Of a DNA stretch of 64,000 nt, positions 26,931-39,310 are shown piece by piece. Source of the stretch: Lama glama (lineage: Eukaryota); assembly GCA_028534125.1 (NCBI GenBank), contig CM052816.1:90212001-90276000 (forward strand), read 5' to 3'. A program made the position numbers and the translations under genes. The number at the start of each line of letters is the position of its first letter. Position 1 is the first letter of the stretch. Under the pieces are notes generated by a model. It saw nothing but the letters and a program-made list of their open reading frames with translations, was not told the DNA's origin and did no database searches.

Positions 26931-28294
26931 CCATAAGGTCTATAGGTTGTCTGAGTATGAGTAAGTCCCAAACAAAATTACACTTCTGTTAGGTAGGAAG
27001 AATTGTATGCTAGGTAATTCACCAACAATGGCTGTGACAAGTAATCACCTCCTAAGATAAACTATTTTATAGTGAGAGATTGATTTACTGCTTTAAGTAA
27101 TGTCTAAGGCAGTCACTGAATATATAGTTTATTTAAAAATTTTTTGATAAAACTGACAAGTGAATCCTGGGTTAGTCACTCAACTATTTGGTCAAAATGG
27201 GACTCATATGTCCTTATGGTTCTTTAGAAAAGGGCAAAATGATAATGAGCAATTTTAAGCAAGAGTCACATAAAATAATGAAACAAATTTCTATCATCCA
27301 TCTGGATTCTTCAGTTGATCATTTTAGAAAACTGAACATAAAGTCTTTGAAAAAATGAAAGTAAATAGGGCTTTCAATATGTATGTTTGACTTTGCTAAG
27401 TGGAATTACAGATTAAAATCAGTTACTTAAAAGAAATGAATTTATTACTTTTAAATGAGTAAAAAACTAAAAGATATGGATATTAATAACTTCTTAATCA
27501 TCCATTTTGTACTCCTAAATTCTACTTACTTGCATAAAGTTTAATCATCTAGAAAAATATGTATCCATCAAAGGATAATGGAATTGCCTTGTCAGCTTGA
27601 ACCCATCTTGAATTGCTGAGAACTAGATACGTGGATGGGGGAACCCTAGCTGCAATATCTCCCATCATGTGCTTCTAAGTATGTAAATATATTAAAGCTT
27701 ATTCCTTAAATATCATAAAATAAAACCAAATATTTATATAATTAAAATATTTAACTAATGTTCAGTTAACACATGGCATATCACTTTGTATAATTTTCCA
27801 TAAGGGTTATTCTGTAAATGTTCAACTTTCTTCCTTATTGAAATGATCTCCTCATTTGTGTACTTGCTCATTTGGACTCAGTGTAAAATAAATAGATAAT
27901 ATTTTAAGTGGTTCTCTAGAATTATGTCATTCATGATTGAGCTTAGCATTTGTGCTATCTTATTTGAATAGGTCACATTTTATTCAGCGCCCAAAGATAG
28001 GTTGCCTGGTAAATGTCTGCATTACAACCAGTAATGTTTGGAGAAGGAAATACTTTGTGTTTAAAGGGTTTAATACTTTAAACTCTTAAAATAAAAGTTG
28101 CAAATTATTGAACAGACTGATGCATGTGTATTATTGATCCAAAAATCATAATTATCTCAAAATTGTTTCAGCTGAATATTAATTTAGTAGATAAATGATT
28201 TTTATATTAAACAAACAGTTTTGTATTTAATAAGACACATGCATTCTTGCACATTATTGTTTGCTTTAAAAATATAGTTCATTTGAATAGTTAC

Positions 28295-28389
28295 CTTGTC
28301 TAGTATGAGGTCAAATGAAACACACATGTTGTAGCAAGCATTGTGGTACAAGTCTTCTGTTTCTTCAAAAAGTGTGAATAAAGTAGTTA
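28295..28389 (-). other. Candidate 95-nt exon (unverified)
   Basis: Acceptor 'ttttgtattctctgactgctacag', donor AAG|gtaact, open frame xTTLFTLFEETEDLYHNACYNMCVSFDLILDK, in non-repetitive DNA. I recognise no homologue. Confidence 0.25.
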
Positions 28390-29756
28390 CTGTAGCAGTC
28401 AGAGAATACAAAACTCAAAAAAACTAAAGTCTTTTAAATAACTTTGAGTCCTGTGCTTGGAACTGTTAAGATTGTACAACAAAATATCAAAATAAACTGC
28501 CCAAAGAAGGGTTTGTTTTTCTTCTGCTGTGTGTGCTAAGGTGGGTGGGACCAACACAACCTTTAAATGTTTTAAAGTAATATCAAAATTGAGGGCTTAG
28601 AAAAATTTATTTCATGAAGTAGATCAGGCAGGTTAATATTCAAAAGGGACTAAAAATATAATTATTTAATGAGACCAGGGAATCTTCTTTCCCACATCCC
28701 TCAGACATTAGCACCCTTTTGCAAGAACATAAACCAAGGGCCACAGAGATTAATGTTTCATAGAACAATTTTTGTCCTTCTAAATCATCTATTGTTTTGT
28801 GAATTAGAAATAAAACAATTGTTAATAATACAACTTGAATCTCATTGGATGGAAAACCTTTTTTGGTCAAGAATTATATCTTATTCTCTCTAAGCTTTGG
28901 ACCTCAACAATGAAGGCAAAGTTGAGGCAGAGTCCTTCCACTGAATTTTTTCAGGATTCCTTCTGTACTCTGATGGCTGACTTCGTAAGTCTAGACATCT
29001 TCCATGACTGCATTATCTACTTCAAATGCTCACATTCAATCAATCATCATATATAGTGTCCAGTGTTTCCTTTTTCTCATCAGACTCCAAATCCTTACCT
29101 TCCCACCATCACTACTGTAGTTCTGAAATTTGTCACATATCTCTTTGATGTCTGCTGGAGCTTTCCTTTTCATGTCCATCGGTCCTATGCTCTTCCTGTC
29201 TGGTTCCCCTCATGCTGTACAGTCAGCTGAGGCATTTCTAGACAGAAGGGCAATGCTGCTTGAACTTCTTCAATTACTCTTAGGCAATGTTCCCTTTCCA
29301 CAATGTTGCTCTCAAGAGATTTTAGAATCATGGTTCCTGCTTACCTCTCCTATGACTCTCTGTGAAATCAAAGCTTTTATCACAATTCATCTATTTGTGA
29401 CTCTGAAACTAGATGGTGAGAGCCTTAAGACACTGTGTGTTGTATGTTTTATCTTGTTTTGTTTGTGTGCTCTCAGTGTTTAGAAAATATCTTAATTTAT
29501 TTTTTTACATATAAGTTGTTGACCCTGGTAGAGAAATTAGGAGAACATAGTTACAGATAAAATTTCAGCATGAATTAACAAGTTTGTGAATCAACAGAAT
29601 TAACATTTTGCAATATGAGGCATTTGATCTATGATTCAGGTTCTCTTTTATTTTTCTCTCTAAGCTAATCTAATGCCTTCAACTTTCCCTCTGATTCAGT
29701 CACTATCCTGAAGTCTAGACTTACTTTCCTAGATATTTACGCAGCCACATAAGACT

Positions 29757-30031
29757 GTAAGGGTACAAACTTCCAGTTATAAAATGAATAAATTCTAACC
29801 ATCTAATGTACAACATGGTGATTATAGTTAATAATAGAGTATATACTTGAAGATGCTGAGAGTAGATTTCATCACAAAAAGAAATGATAATTCATAAGAT
29901 GATGAAAATGTTAGCTAACACTGTAGTGGTAATCATTTTGCAATATACAAGTGTATCAAATCAACACAGTGTACATCTTAACCTTACACAAGATTGTATG
30001 TCACTTATATCTCGATAAAGCTGAGGGAAAA
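29757..30031 (+). mobile_element. L1MA-like 3' end
   Basis: 'aagggtacaaacttccagttataaaatgaataaattct...atctaatgtacaacatggtgattatagttaataa...ttatatctcgataaagctgagggaaaa'. Confidence 0.88.
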
Positions 30032-30169
30032 ATGATTGTAAGAAAGTATATTCCAAGAGCAGAGAAACTCATTTTGTTTTGTTCAATGTTGTATCTGAAC
30101 ACATACAATGGAGAAATACATAAACATATATATATATAGCTTTATCTAATAAACATGTAAATATACATT

Positions 30170-31410
30170 AATATCTTTAATGATGTTTAGAAAAATTGCA
30201 ACAATCACAGACACACAGTTCAGTGTATTATCAGAGTGAACAAGCCTGTGTAACCTCCACCTAGATCAATAAATTAAAGCAGCATTGCAGACACTTCTTT
30301 CCTGCCCCTCTCTTAAATATTATGACTATACTGATTTCTAAAATCATAGACTAGCTTTGCCTGTTTTTTGAGCTTAATATACATCCAGTCATACCAGTAT
30401 TAATCTTTTGGATTGGGCTTCTTTCTCTCAACAATTATATTTTCCATATTCATCTATGTTGTTACTTGTAAGAATCATTCATTCATTTTCCTTATTCATA
30501 TGATATCCTGTTGTATGAATGTGTTTTAATTCTTCCAGTATTGAAGTACACTGGAGATGTTCTTGTTCTTTGGTTAAAGTAATTTATGTTGTAATCCTCA
30601 TTCATGATTTGTGGTGTACCTGTGTGGCTGTGTCCTGGGTAAATATTTGTGAATGGGGTTGTTGGGCCTTAATGATTGTGTATGTTCAACTCAAAGAGGT
30701 AAAATCAGTTTTCCAATGTGACTTTATCAAAAGAAATTCCCACAATTGTGCATGAGGAAGCTCCTGTAGCCCCACATCTTTTCCGACTCCTGATATTAAC
30801 ATTCTTTTTTATTTTCATCATTCTGATAGATGATTAACACTATTTATTGACAATGAAAAAAAAGTTTTATTTTGCTTTTCCCGGATGAGCACTTTTTCAC
30901 ATCTTTATTGGACACGTGATTGTTCTCTTTTGCAAACATGTATTAAAGTTTCCCTCCAATTCCCTATTGAGTAATATTTTTCTAATTGACTTGAATGAAT
31001 GTTTTATATTTTCCAGACATCAGCCCTTTTTTGGTAATATATATTCAAACTATTTCCTCCTCACTTCTACGTACTTAATGTTGTATTTTGATAAAATTAA
31101 ATTAAATTTGTCAGGATCATTGACTCATTCTTTTCCTTTTATTTAGTGTTTCTGGTGTCCTGTTTAAGAAACAGTTTTGTACTCAGCTTTTCCCATCTCA
31201 GGGTCATAAATGTAGTCACAAGTATTATTCTATAGAAATGTAATTTTTCAATTTGAGCATTCACTTCTAATAACATTCTAATCTAATGCATCTAGAATTG
31301 GCTTTGATGCACAGTGTGAAGCTTTAATGTGTAGAAGTCAAAGTTCGTTTTTATCCACATGGTTATTCAACTGACACAGAGTAATTTATTTAAAGGATTA
31401 TTCTTTAAGT
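30170..31410 (-). mobile_element. Old L1 (L1ME/MC-like) 3' portion
   Basis: Antisense L1 landmarks 'tagctttgcctgttttttgagctt', 'ggcttctttctctcaaca', 'gttttccaatgtgac', 'ttttggtgtc'-like 'ttctggtgtcctgtttaagaaa'. Confidence 0.8.
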
Positions 31411-31439
31411 TACCACCATTTAAATAAAGGGAGTACGTA

Positions 31440-32880
31440 AAATGCTCACAGATTGTAAAGATAGCAGTTCCTCAAAAATTCATCTTATTGATGAGAGCAA
31501 TCTGAATAAATATTCTAGCAGGTTGTTTTGTGGAAATTGACACTCTGAATTTAACATTTGTATGGAAAAGCAAAGAGTCAAAATAGTCTAGAAAATCTTT
31601 AAAAAAAAATAAAAGAAGAGCAAAGTTTGAAAACTGACACTATCATATAGAAAGAGTCAGAAAAGATTCATAGCAATAAAGGCAGGAAGGTATTGGAGAA
31701 ATGACAAACAAACAGTCCATTAGAATCAAACAGACAGTATAGAAGCAAACCCACACATATATGATCAATCGATTTATAACAAAGATGACACTGTAATGCA
31801 ACAGAAAAACATCTGCAGATTTTTTAAGACCAAACCACTTACCAATAAATCAGTTGAGATTTATTGTGGATCTAAGTGTGAAACGTTAAAACAAGAAATC
31901 TTCTAGAAAAAAACAGGGTGGTTTTCTTAAATAATCTTAAAGATTTCTTAAATAGAAGTTAAAAAAGTTCCAGCCATGAGAAAAAATATCACATTATGAA
32001 AATAAAAAGGCAGGCTTTTGAGTGGGAAGAAATAGAAACAAAACATGTATTAGAAAAAAAATAAACAAACTGAGACTATAAAAACAATATCAACAAAACA
32101 ATAAGGCAAAGGCAGTCAAGTTAATAGAAAAATTGCAAATGTTTGAACAGCCACTTCAAAAAAACATGAATGGCCAACACACATATGAAACATTATTTTA
32201 TTAGTGATCAGGAAAATGAAAATTAAACTTGCAATACAGTACATGTACACCCACTCAGATAGCTAAAATTGAAGTGCAGTCAAAACTGCATATTAAAGAC
32301 TTGTGGAGCAATTGTCCAGCCACTTGGGAAAACAATTCAGCAGTATCTACATACCAATTTAATGAACTTAACGTACATGCCCAACAGAAATAAGTAGATA
32401 CGTTCACCAGATCCTTGTACTGGAATGTTTATAGCAGTCCCAAACTAGAAACACCACCTACAAACATCTACAGAAGAATGGTTAAGTGAATAGGGATACA
32501 CTCACATGACAACGTACCGTGCAGTGATAGAAACGAAACAGCTACAACTAGTCACAAAAACATGGATGAATCTCAGAGATGTAGCATCGAGTGAAAGAAG
32601 CCAAACACAAAAATATGGCTCTATTTATATAAAGTTCAAAACTTGGCAAACCTAATCTATGCTATTAGAAGATCATACATTGGCTATCCTTGGTGTTGAC
32701 AGTGGCATGAAGGCTCCAGGAGAGTCTACAGGAGTAAGAGTAATAGTTTGTGTTGTCCACAGTACTACTTACACAGATTTTTCACTCTCTAAAATTCATT
32801 GAATGGTGTACACTTATAATTTGTGCACTTTTCTATGGACAATTTACAATTCATTTAATGGTTACTATGAAGAAAATGCA
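31440..32880 (+). mobile_element. Old L1 (L1ME/MC-like) ORF2 end and 3' UTR
   Basis: 'gtggaaattgacactctgaatttaacatttgtatggaaaagcaaagagtc', 'gaagcaaacccacacatatatgatcaat', 'acatggatgaatctcagagatgtagcatcgagtgaaagaagccaaacacaaaa'. Confidence 0.85.
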
Positions 32881-33559
32881 TACAACCTATTTAGATTACT
32901 ACATTAGCTTCCTGGGTGGAATCAATGTAAAAATTTTGACAAGCAAGCTGTCGCCATTTGAGGTCAGAGTACCAGCTTGGAGAATTCAGGAGCACGAGGG
33001 TTGGCACCAGTGTGAAATCCTCGGGTGCCTGGTGCTTTGGTCAATCTCCCTTCACCAAAGAATAACTCAGACTTCCATGCTTTGAAGCTTGTTGACATTG
33101 GCCATGACTGTCACCTCAAACCTGAGCTCACATTTTGTTAAATCTGTACATTCCAAAACTTGGACAATAGGTGTTGAAATAAATTTCACAGCAGATTCCC
33201 CCTTTTTTCCTCTTGAAATCTAGCTACTTAACCAGTGATCTATGATAGAAGAGAATCTTCACATTTGACAAGAACAGAAAAGAACTCACATAATTTTTTC
33301 CAAGTGCTAAATTCTGTAGAGATATTATGAAGGCATGGATTATACATTGAACAGCATGATTTTTTTTAAGGAAACCCAACTTATTTTATTTTTTCCATAT
33401 TAGCTAACATCCTATGATCACTCTAGGTTTTTTATTTTTTATGATATATGGTTAATTAGACTTACACAGAAATTTGAAGAGAAATATAGGCATCTAAACT
33501 CTCTTAGGTAGGGTATCTAATCCCCAAAGTGACTGTAATCAGCTGAAAAAATAGCTTCT

Positions 33560-33697
33560 TTATTTTCATTGAAGTATAGTCAGTTTACAACTTTGTGTCA
33601 GTTTCTGGTGTACAGCATAATGTTTCAATCATACATATACATTTATTTCTTTACATATTCTTTTTCATTATAGGTTACTACAAGATACTGAATATAG
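33560..33697 (-). mobile_element. Short young L1 3' tail
   Basis: 'attgaagtatagtcagtttacaactttgtgtcagtttctggtgtacagcataatgtttca' is nearly the reverse complement of 62790-62855. Confidence 0.9.
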
Positions 33698-34404
33698 CTG
33701 AAGGGCATAATTTTTATTTAACAGAAGTGAAATATCTCCTTTAAGAAAGGCTCTGTATTAAGTAGGATGAAGCCCGCCCTCTCCAGCAGACAGGATTTGG
33801 CGATGCAGCATCGTAGCAGCATGGAACCAGCCTCAGCATGCTGTGAACATATTCATAGCAGCCTCATGGAGTCCCAGGACTGCTGGGCCAGCAGCTGCTC
33901 ACTACCAACGAAGCTCCTGCTATCACAGAGAACTCTTTTTCTAATTCTCCATAGAACCTTTTTATAGGATGGAGCTCCACTGCCACAAGGGCTCATCGCC
34001 AGTAAGGGATTGATTGAGCAGACAATGGCTAACCATAAATAACACCCACTTAACTCGACATGTCATCCGTGCAAAAATAACAACCCTGTGTATCATTACA
34101 GGAGGAATATTTCAATTACATAAAAACTGCATCATGGCCAATAGGGCTGAACAATATGAATTAACCAGAAAACTCACTTTAAACCTCCAAAAAAATAAAA
34201 TAAATAAATATATACAGTAGGATGCTTAGAAGATGAGAAAATTTGATTTAAAATCACACTCCGGCACACACTTTCTGTAAGTCCAAAAAGCAGTTAAATT
34301 GTATCCCTAAATATTTTGTAATACCTTCCTCAAGGAGTCAAGAGACAACAGTATGTTTTGTAAATTTAGTCTGATAGGACATACCATTCTAAAAAGGGAA
34401 AGTT

Positions 34405-34610
34405 CCTAAGACTAGAAGTCAGAAGACACTGACTCCCGGGTCCCATAGATACCTGAGCAACTTTAAGCAAGTCCCTTATACATAAAATGGAGATAAAAGC
34501 TGCTACACTGTTACTTCGGAATTGTTGAGAGAGCACCTGAAACAATGTGTGTGATGTGTGTGGAAGCCCTGTGTATCATAGAGAGCTGTAGAAAGGTGAG
34601 GTTTTCACAT
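34405..34610 (+). mobile_element. MIR-family SINE, degenerate
   Basis: 'agactagaagtcagaagac...ctttaagcaagtccctta...taaaatggagataa...ttgttgagag'. Confidence 0.55.
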
Positions 34611-35122
34611 TTGGCTATAAGTAAAATGATCCCCCGATCATCTCTGAATAATCTGTATTTCTATTTCTGGGACAACTTATATAACTGATACATAAGACTA
34701 AATAAACATTTCAACATCTTTTTTTTCATTTTCAGGTGCTAAGGAATCTCACATTTTACGTGCAAAATACACTTCACTTTTTAAAATATAAGCCTGCTTT
34801 TAGCTTCTGTCATGTAAACTCCCCATCTTTTGGCTGTCTCATGGGCATATAGTCTTGTTTTTGAAATGACAGTATGTCAGGGCCAGACTATATAGCATTT
34901 TCTTATTTTCACTAATTTTCCTTAAAAGATGCTCTTTAAAAATCTGAACAATTAAATGTATTTTTTGTGTCAGCATAATATTTAACTCTCTTGATTTATA
35001 ACCTACAAACAAATCCAAATATATATTTTTCTTTTTATCACCCTGCATACCAAGATTTCCAGAATGTTCTAGATGGAACTGGCATTTTTGTAACAAATTT
35101 CTAAGAGTAAGATCATCATGAA

Positions 35123-35134
35123 TCTCTCTCTCTG

Positions 35135-35187
<53 letters not shown>
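35123..35187. repeat. (CT)n-(CA)n compound microsatellite
   Basis: Directly visible; it generates the VCVCVC run in ORF 34839..35228. Confidence 0.95.
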
Positions 35188-35190
<3 letters not shown>

Positions 35191-35429
35191 CAGTAAGAAG
35201 ATGATCCTTTTCTCTTTCCAAAATACACATCCGGTCAGCTTTGCAAGCAGCAAAGCTCTCGTAAGCTTATTGTACACAAAGGACCATCCAGAAAACGTAA
35301 TTTAATTTTTTAATTAAACCTTCACTTCTATTTAATTGCACACTACACCTTCTCCAGTGCTGAGACATAACGAGAAGGAAGCAATTTCAAACGCGCTTGA
35401 AGGTCTTGCACTGCTCCAAAGTAGAACTA

Positions 35430-35443
35430 GTTTCCATGGCAAC
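35430..35443. promoter_or_regulatory. RFX X-box motif
   Basis: GTTTCCATGGCAAC matches the canonical near-palindromic X-box GTTNCCATGGNAAC and lies in a repeat-free, CpG-retaining region. Occupancy cannot be shown from sequence. Confidence 0.6.
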
Positions 35444-35547
35444 GGGCATACCACCCTCTATTTATTCCCAATAAATGACAAATCAGAAGTGCAGCTGTAA
35501 TATCGGGGAATTCTATTTCTCCTAACACAATACAAAGCTACAAATAC

Positions 35548-35578
35548 CTCTGCTAGCATGGTTACCACTTGTGACAAC
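35548..35578 (-). other. Candidate 31-nt exon (unverified)
   Basis: Acceptor 'tttttttttccacttattag', exon GTTGTCACAAGTGGTAACCATGCTAGCAGAG, donor GAG|gtattt; lies within the putative regulatory block. Confidence 0.2.
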
Positions 35579-38500
35579 CTAATAAGTGGAAAAAAAACAG
35601 GCTTTCAAAACGTAGTCTGTCGCTGCGTTCTCTGCAATGCGATGACTGTCACAGTAACCTTGACTTCTATTCTATAACATGCCCTTGGGTGAGAAAGCAA
35701 AACAGAAGGCATTATTTTCATGATGTTGGATATTTTACACTGCAAATGAGATTTGTTTGCTTTAACCTAAGAAGCAAATTAAATTCCAAATTACATTGTC
35801 TAATAGCTACTGCTGGGAGATGCCGTCAACAGGATTATCGATTTGGAAACCCAACATCTGCAAAACGCTAACCTGATCTATTAGGCTAAACAAAGGCTTT
35901 ACGGCTCAGCTGGTCCCTCTTTGTCGCCTTCATCATGCTTTTGGTTAAATGAGCTCCAGCCCAGGAGATGGGAACACAGGCTGGTGAGAGTCTATCAGGT
36001 TAGTTAGTGACCATATGGGAGAGCATCAATCTGACCTAGTACAAAACCTGCACTCCCTCAGGCTCAATCACATGAAAGCCTTCTCTGCACGTTCATATAT
36101 GCATGTATGCCACACACACACCCCTTCCTCAGTGAACGCCAGAGCCACGCTGCTTGAGGAAAAAAAAATCTGTACCTTTCACATCTCAACTTATTTGTAA
36201 GTCCTCTCATGAAGTGTAACTGTTATGGAAAATAAGTATACATTCAAATAGATAGAGGATCTAATCTTATACTATTTTCCCATAAAAGCTGATCTTTCAT
36301 AGTCAGAAATGTTGGTATTTTTTTAATCATCATTTCATTAAAACCCATGCTAAAAGATTTAGGTGTATGTCACCAGCGTAACTCTGATGAGATTGTGATC
36401 TAGAATCAACCAAACACATAAATTTTTTATTTTCCAATTGGCAAGTTAAAATTACTAATGAAAACGCATGCATACGCACACGCACAGCCCTGCATTTTGT
36501 TGCCATTCTTATCCTCTGCATGAAAGACCAGGGGCCTCTGGGAAGAGCAGAGGCCACGATCTGCTGAGATCTTCTGCCTGCTCGTGGCAGGTGGAAACAC
36601 AGCCGAGCTTGCATCAGCACTCCCGCGCCCTGATCACTCCCCCATTGTTTGTCAGCAAGACTGCTCATCAGGGATGTGAACAGACTAATGAATAGAACTG
36701 TTTCAGTGTTGAGCTGTTAATCTCTTTACGATTTTTTTCGACACCACCGTTCTTCTTTGACACCTCTACTTGTTCTTGTCACAGCAATAAATCAGAGCAT
36801 CAAAAGGTAAACATAGTTGTTTCCGAGATTCTTTAAAACTGCTCCCCCAAATCCTAAATATGCCCCTCAAAAATGAATTCCTTCACAAACACTAGTTAGA
36901 ACAAAACCCCTCTTCTTAAAAATAGATATACTAAACCAAAGCCAGCAATAGATCTATTTAAACTCATAATGAGGAAGGTCATAAACAAAGATTTAGCAAA
37001 ATGTCAACCATACGCTAATGATTCTATTAAATATTGACACATCGCGAAAATCACGTGTTATGATTTAATCGAATAACAGATAAATCAAGTTGCCATATAA
37101 TTACTACAAGTTACATAAGAACTCAATACTTACATTAGCAATTTTTGAAAATTAGCCACCTACACTCACTCAATAAAATGCTGTTATACTATTTGAATAT
37201 ATCAGTTGATGAAAATTGGTATAAAATTCTGGGCTTGAACATTTTACAAGAGCAAAACTGAAATTGACCTTTGAGTTGTCCATGTTCAAGTGAATTAATG
37301 TAAACAAAATTGCAGAAGGCATATTGAATTAACACAATGAAGGTCTTCACTTCATAAACGAAGCATATTTTGCACACAAAGGATTGATGCTAAGCAAGGC
37401 TTCATTTTAGAGTCATCTATAGCTGATGTTTTTTTGAGTTTCAGTTCTTGCTCTGACACTACAGAGCCTGATTTGCTGGATCAATCTGTTTAATTTCTCA
37501 TCATCAGCCCCTCCTCTATAAGAGTAGGTAGCAATATCTGTCTCAGTGTTATCGTGAGGACCAAGTGAAGAAATGCAGGCAACACCTCTGCAGTGACCAG
37601 CACACAGTAGGCAATTAATGAAGTTTTTTGCCCACTTCCTCCTTTCTTCTACTCTAACTCTTAGACTGGGAAAAAAATTGTCCAGCTTGGGAAATGTATT
37701 CTTAACTGAATACCAGCTCCCTTCCCCGCTGTCTAGTATTTCATCCATTCTGTCTTGGCCTCAAGGAGATTCTCTGTCTCTTCAGAGTTCACTGGAAAAA
37801 AAAAAAAGCTTTATACATTTTGGAGGAAGGAGAGAGATTTATTGCTTTTAATAACAAATTTAAGACATAGCTTTTGAAAAATTTAAACAATATTAAAGTA
37901 CATGAAATGAATGCTAAACTGCTCATTCTCCTCATTCTTAATTTTTATTTCATCATAATTATGCAACTGCATAGTATAAAAAATCAAAGTAGGAAAAATA
38001 TAACAAAAAACAGTAGACCTTGCCATTCATATATTCATCTTCCTGTTCACCCACTGTGGACAATGGATTTCAGCTCTTTAATTACTCCATCTGTTTAGTG
38101 TCAGGTTGTTAAATAATGTACTTATACTCTATTTTTCTTCAAGTTTTAGATATTAACCTACTGATTCCTTAATATAGAATATGAAGATTTAGAGATCCTT
38201 TTTCCTATTCCAACCATATAATCACATGAAAATATTTCCTCTGTCCAGCATCCAAAATAATTTTGCTGTAATTTTGGTGAAATCAATATTTAGCATTCAT
38301 TTTCTTTCTTGTACAGCATTTTGTTACTACTGGAATTAATAGCTGTGTCTTTTTTTTTTTTTTTGCTTTGCCTATTTGCTATATTGAACACATTAATTAA
38401 CTGTCTTTTTTCTTAGGTATGTCTTCTGGAGCCCTCTTTCTTTCATTCAAGTTTGAGCCCATCTCTGCTGAAACCAGACGCACAGCTGAGGGAGAATTGT

Positions 38501-38834
38501 AACCACCTTGTGAAAATACCTTTATTTTCTCTACTGTGCTGGATGTCTTGGAGTTTCCCTCCCATGACTGTGTTACATTATATGACTCCTTCTTGCTAGT
38601 AGACTCACTCTAAAGACTCTCCATGTTGATGTGATGAAGCAAGTGGCAATGCTGGGAAAAATCATGGGGCTGGGAGCTGTGTGCAGAACCCAGGAGCTGT
38701 GTAAACCTCTAGTGCGGTATGTACAGTGACAAAAGTAAACCCAGGCAGTTCTGAAGTGTGTTAGCAATGACCCTAACCCATAACATTTGGGCTAGGAAGA
38801 CTCTTGAACTGAGTTTTTAAGAATGAATGAGGGT

Positions 38835-38986
38835 TGGGGGGAAGGGATAAATGAGGTGTTTGGAATTAACAGATACATACTACTGTATATAAAAGAGATA
38901 AACAGTAAGGAACTACTAGTACAGCCCAGGGAACTATATTCAGTACCCTGTAATAATCTGTAATGGAATAGAATCTGAAAAAGAAA
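38835..38986 (+). mobile_element. L1 3'-UTR fragment (artiodactyl type)
   Basis: 'gaagggataaatgaggtgtttggaattaacagatacatactactgtatataaaa...cagggaactatattcagtaccctgtaataa' parallels 62628-62750. Confidence 0.85.
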
Positions 38987-39054
38987 TTAAGGTTGTAGGT
39001 CTATTTCCTTCTGTCAGTATTTTGCTTAGGGGGCCTCCAGTCAACATTCATCCA

Positions 39055-39310
39055 AAAGCTAAGACCCTCAGTTTTAAACCACAAGTGAATGAATGTCGCC
39101 AACAACGTGAGTGTGCCTGGAAGCAGAATCTTCCCCAGTCGAGCACACAGATATAAACACCACCCAATTAACTCCTTGACTGCAGCCATGTTAGACCCTT
39201 AGCTGAGGATCCAGCCATGTCAGACCAGGACTCCAGACTCTGGACAAACAGTGGGAAATAACAAATGTGTGTGTTCTAACCCACTAAGTTTGTTGTAATT
39301 CTTTTGCTTA
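39055..39310 (+). mobile_element. MLT1 (E/F-like) LTR 3' half
   Basis: 'atgtcgccaacaacgtgagtgtgcctggaagcagaatcttccccagtcgagc...ccttgactgcagcc...ccactaagtttgttgtaatt'. Confidence 0.8.

Noticed and set aside
34839..35228. 129-aa Cys/Val-rich ORF
   Set aside because: Artefact of the (CA)n microsatellite.
36785..36806. Plus-strand 22-nt exon (ttgttcttgtcacag|...AAG|gtaaac)
   Set aside because: The donor is mediocre and I found no compatible partner exon; such pairs arise by chance in 64 kb.
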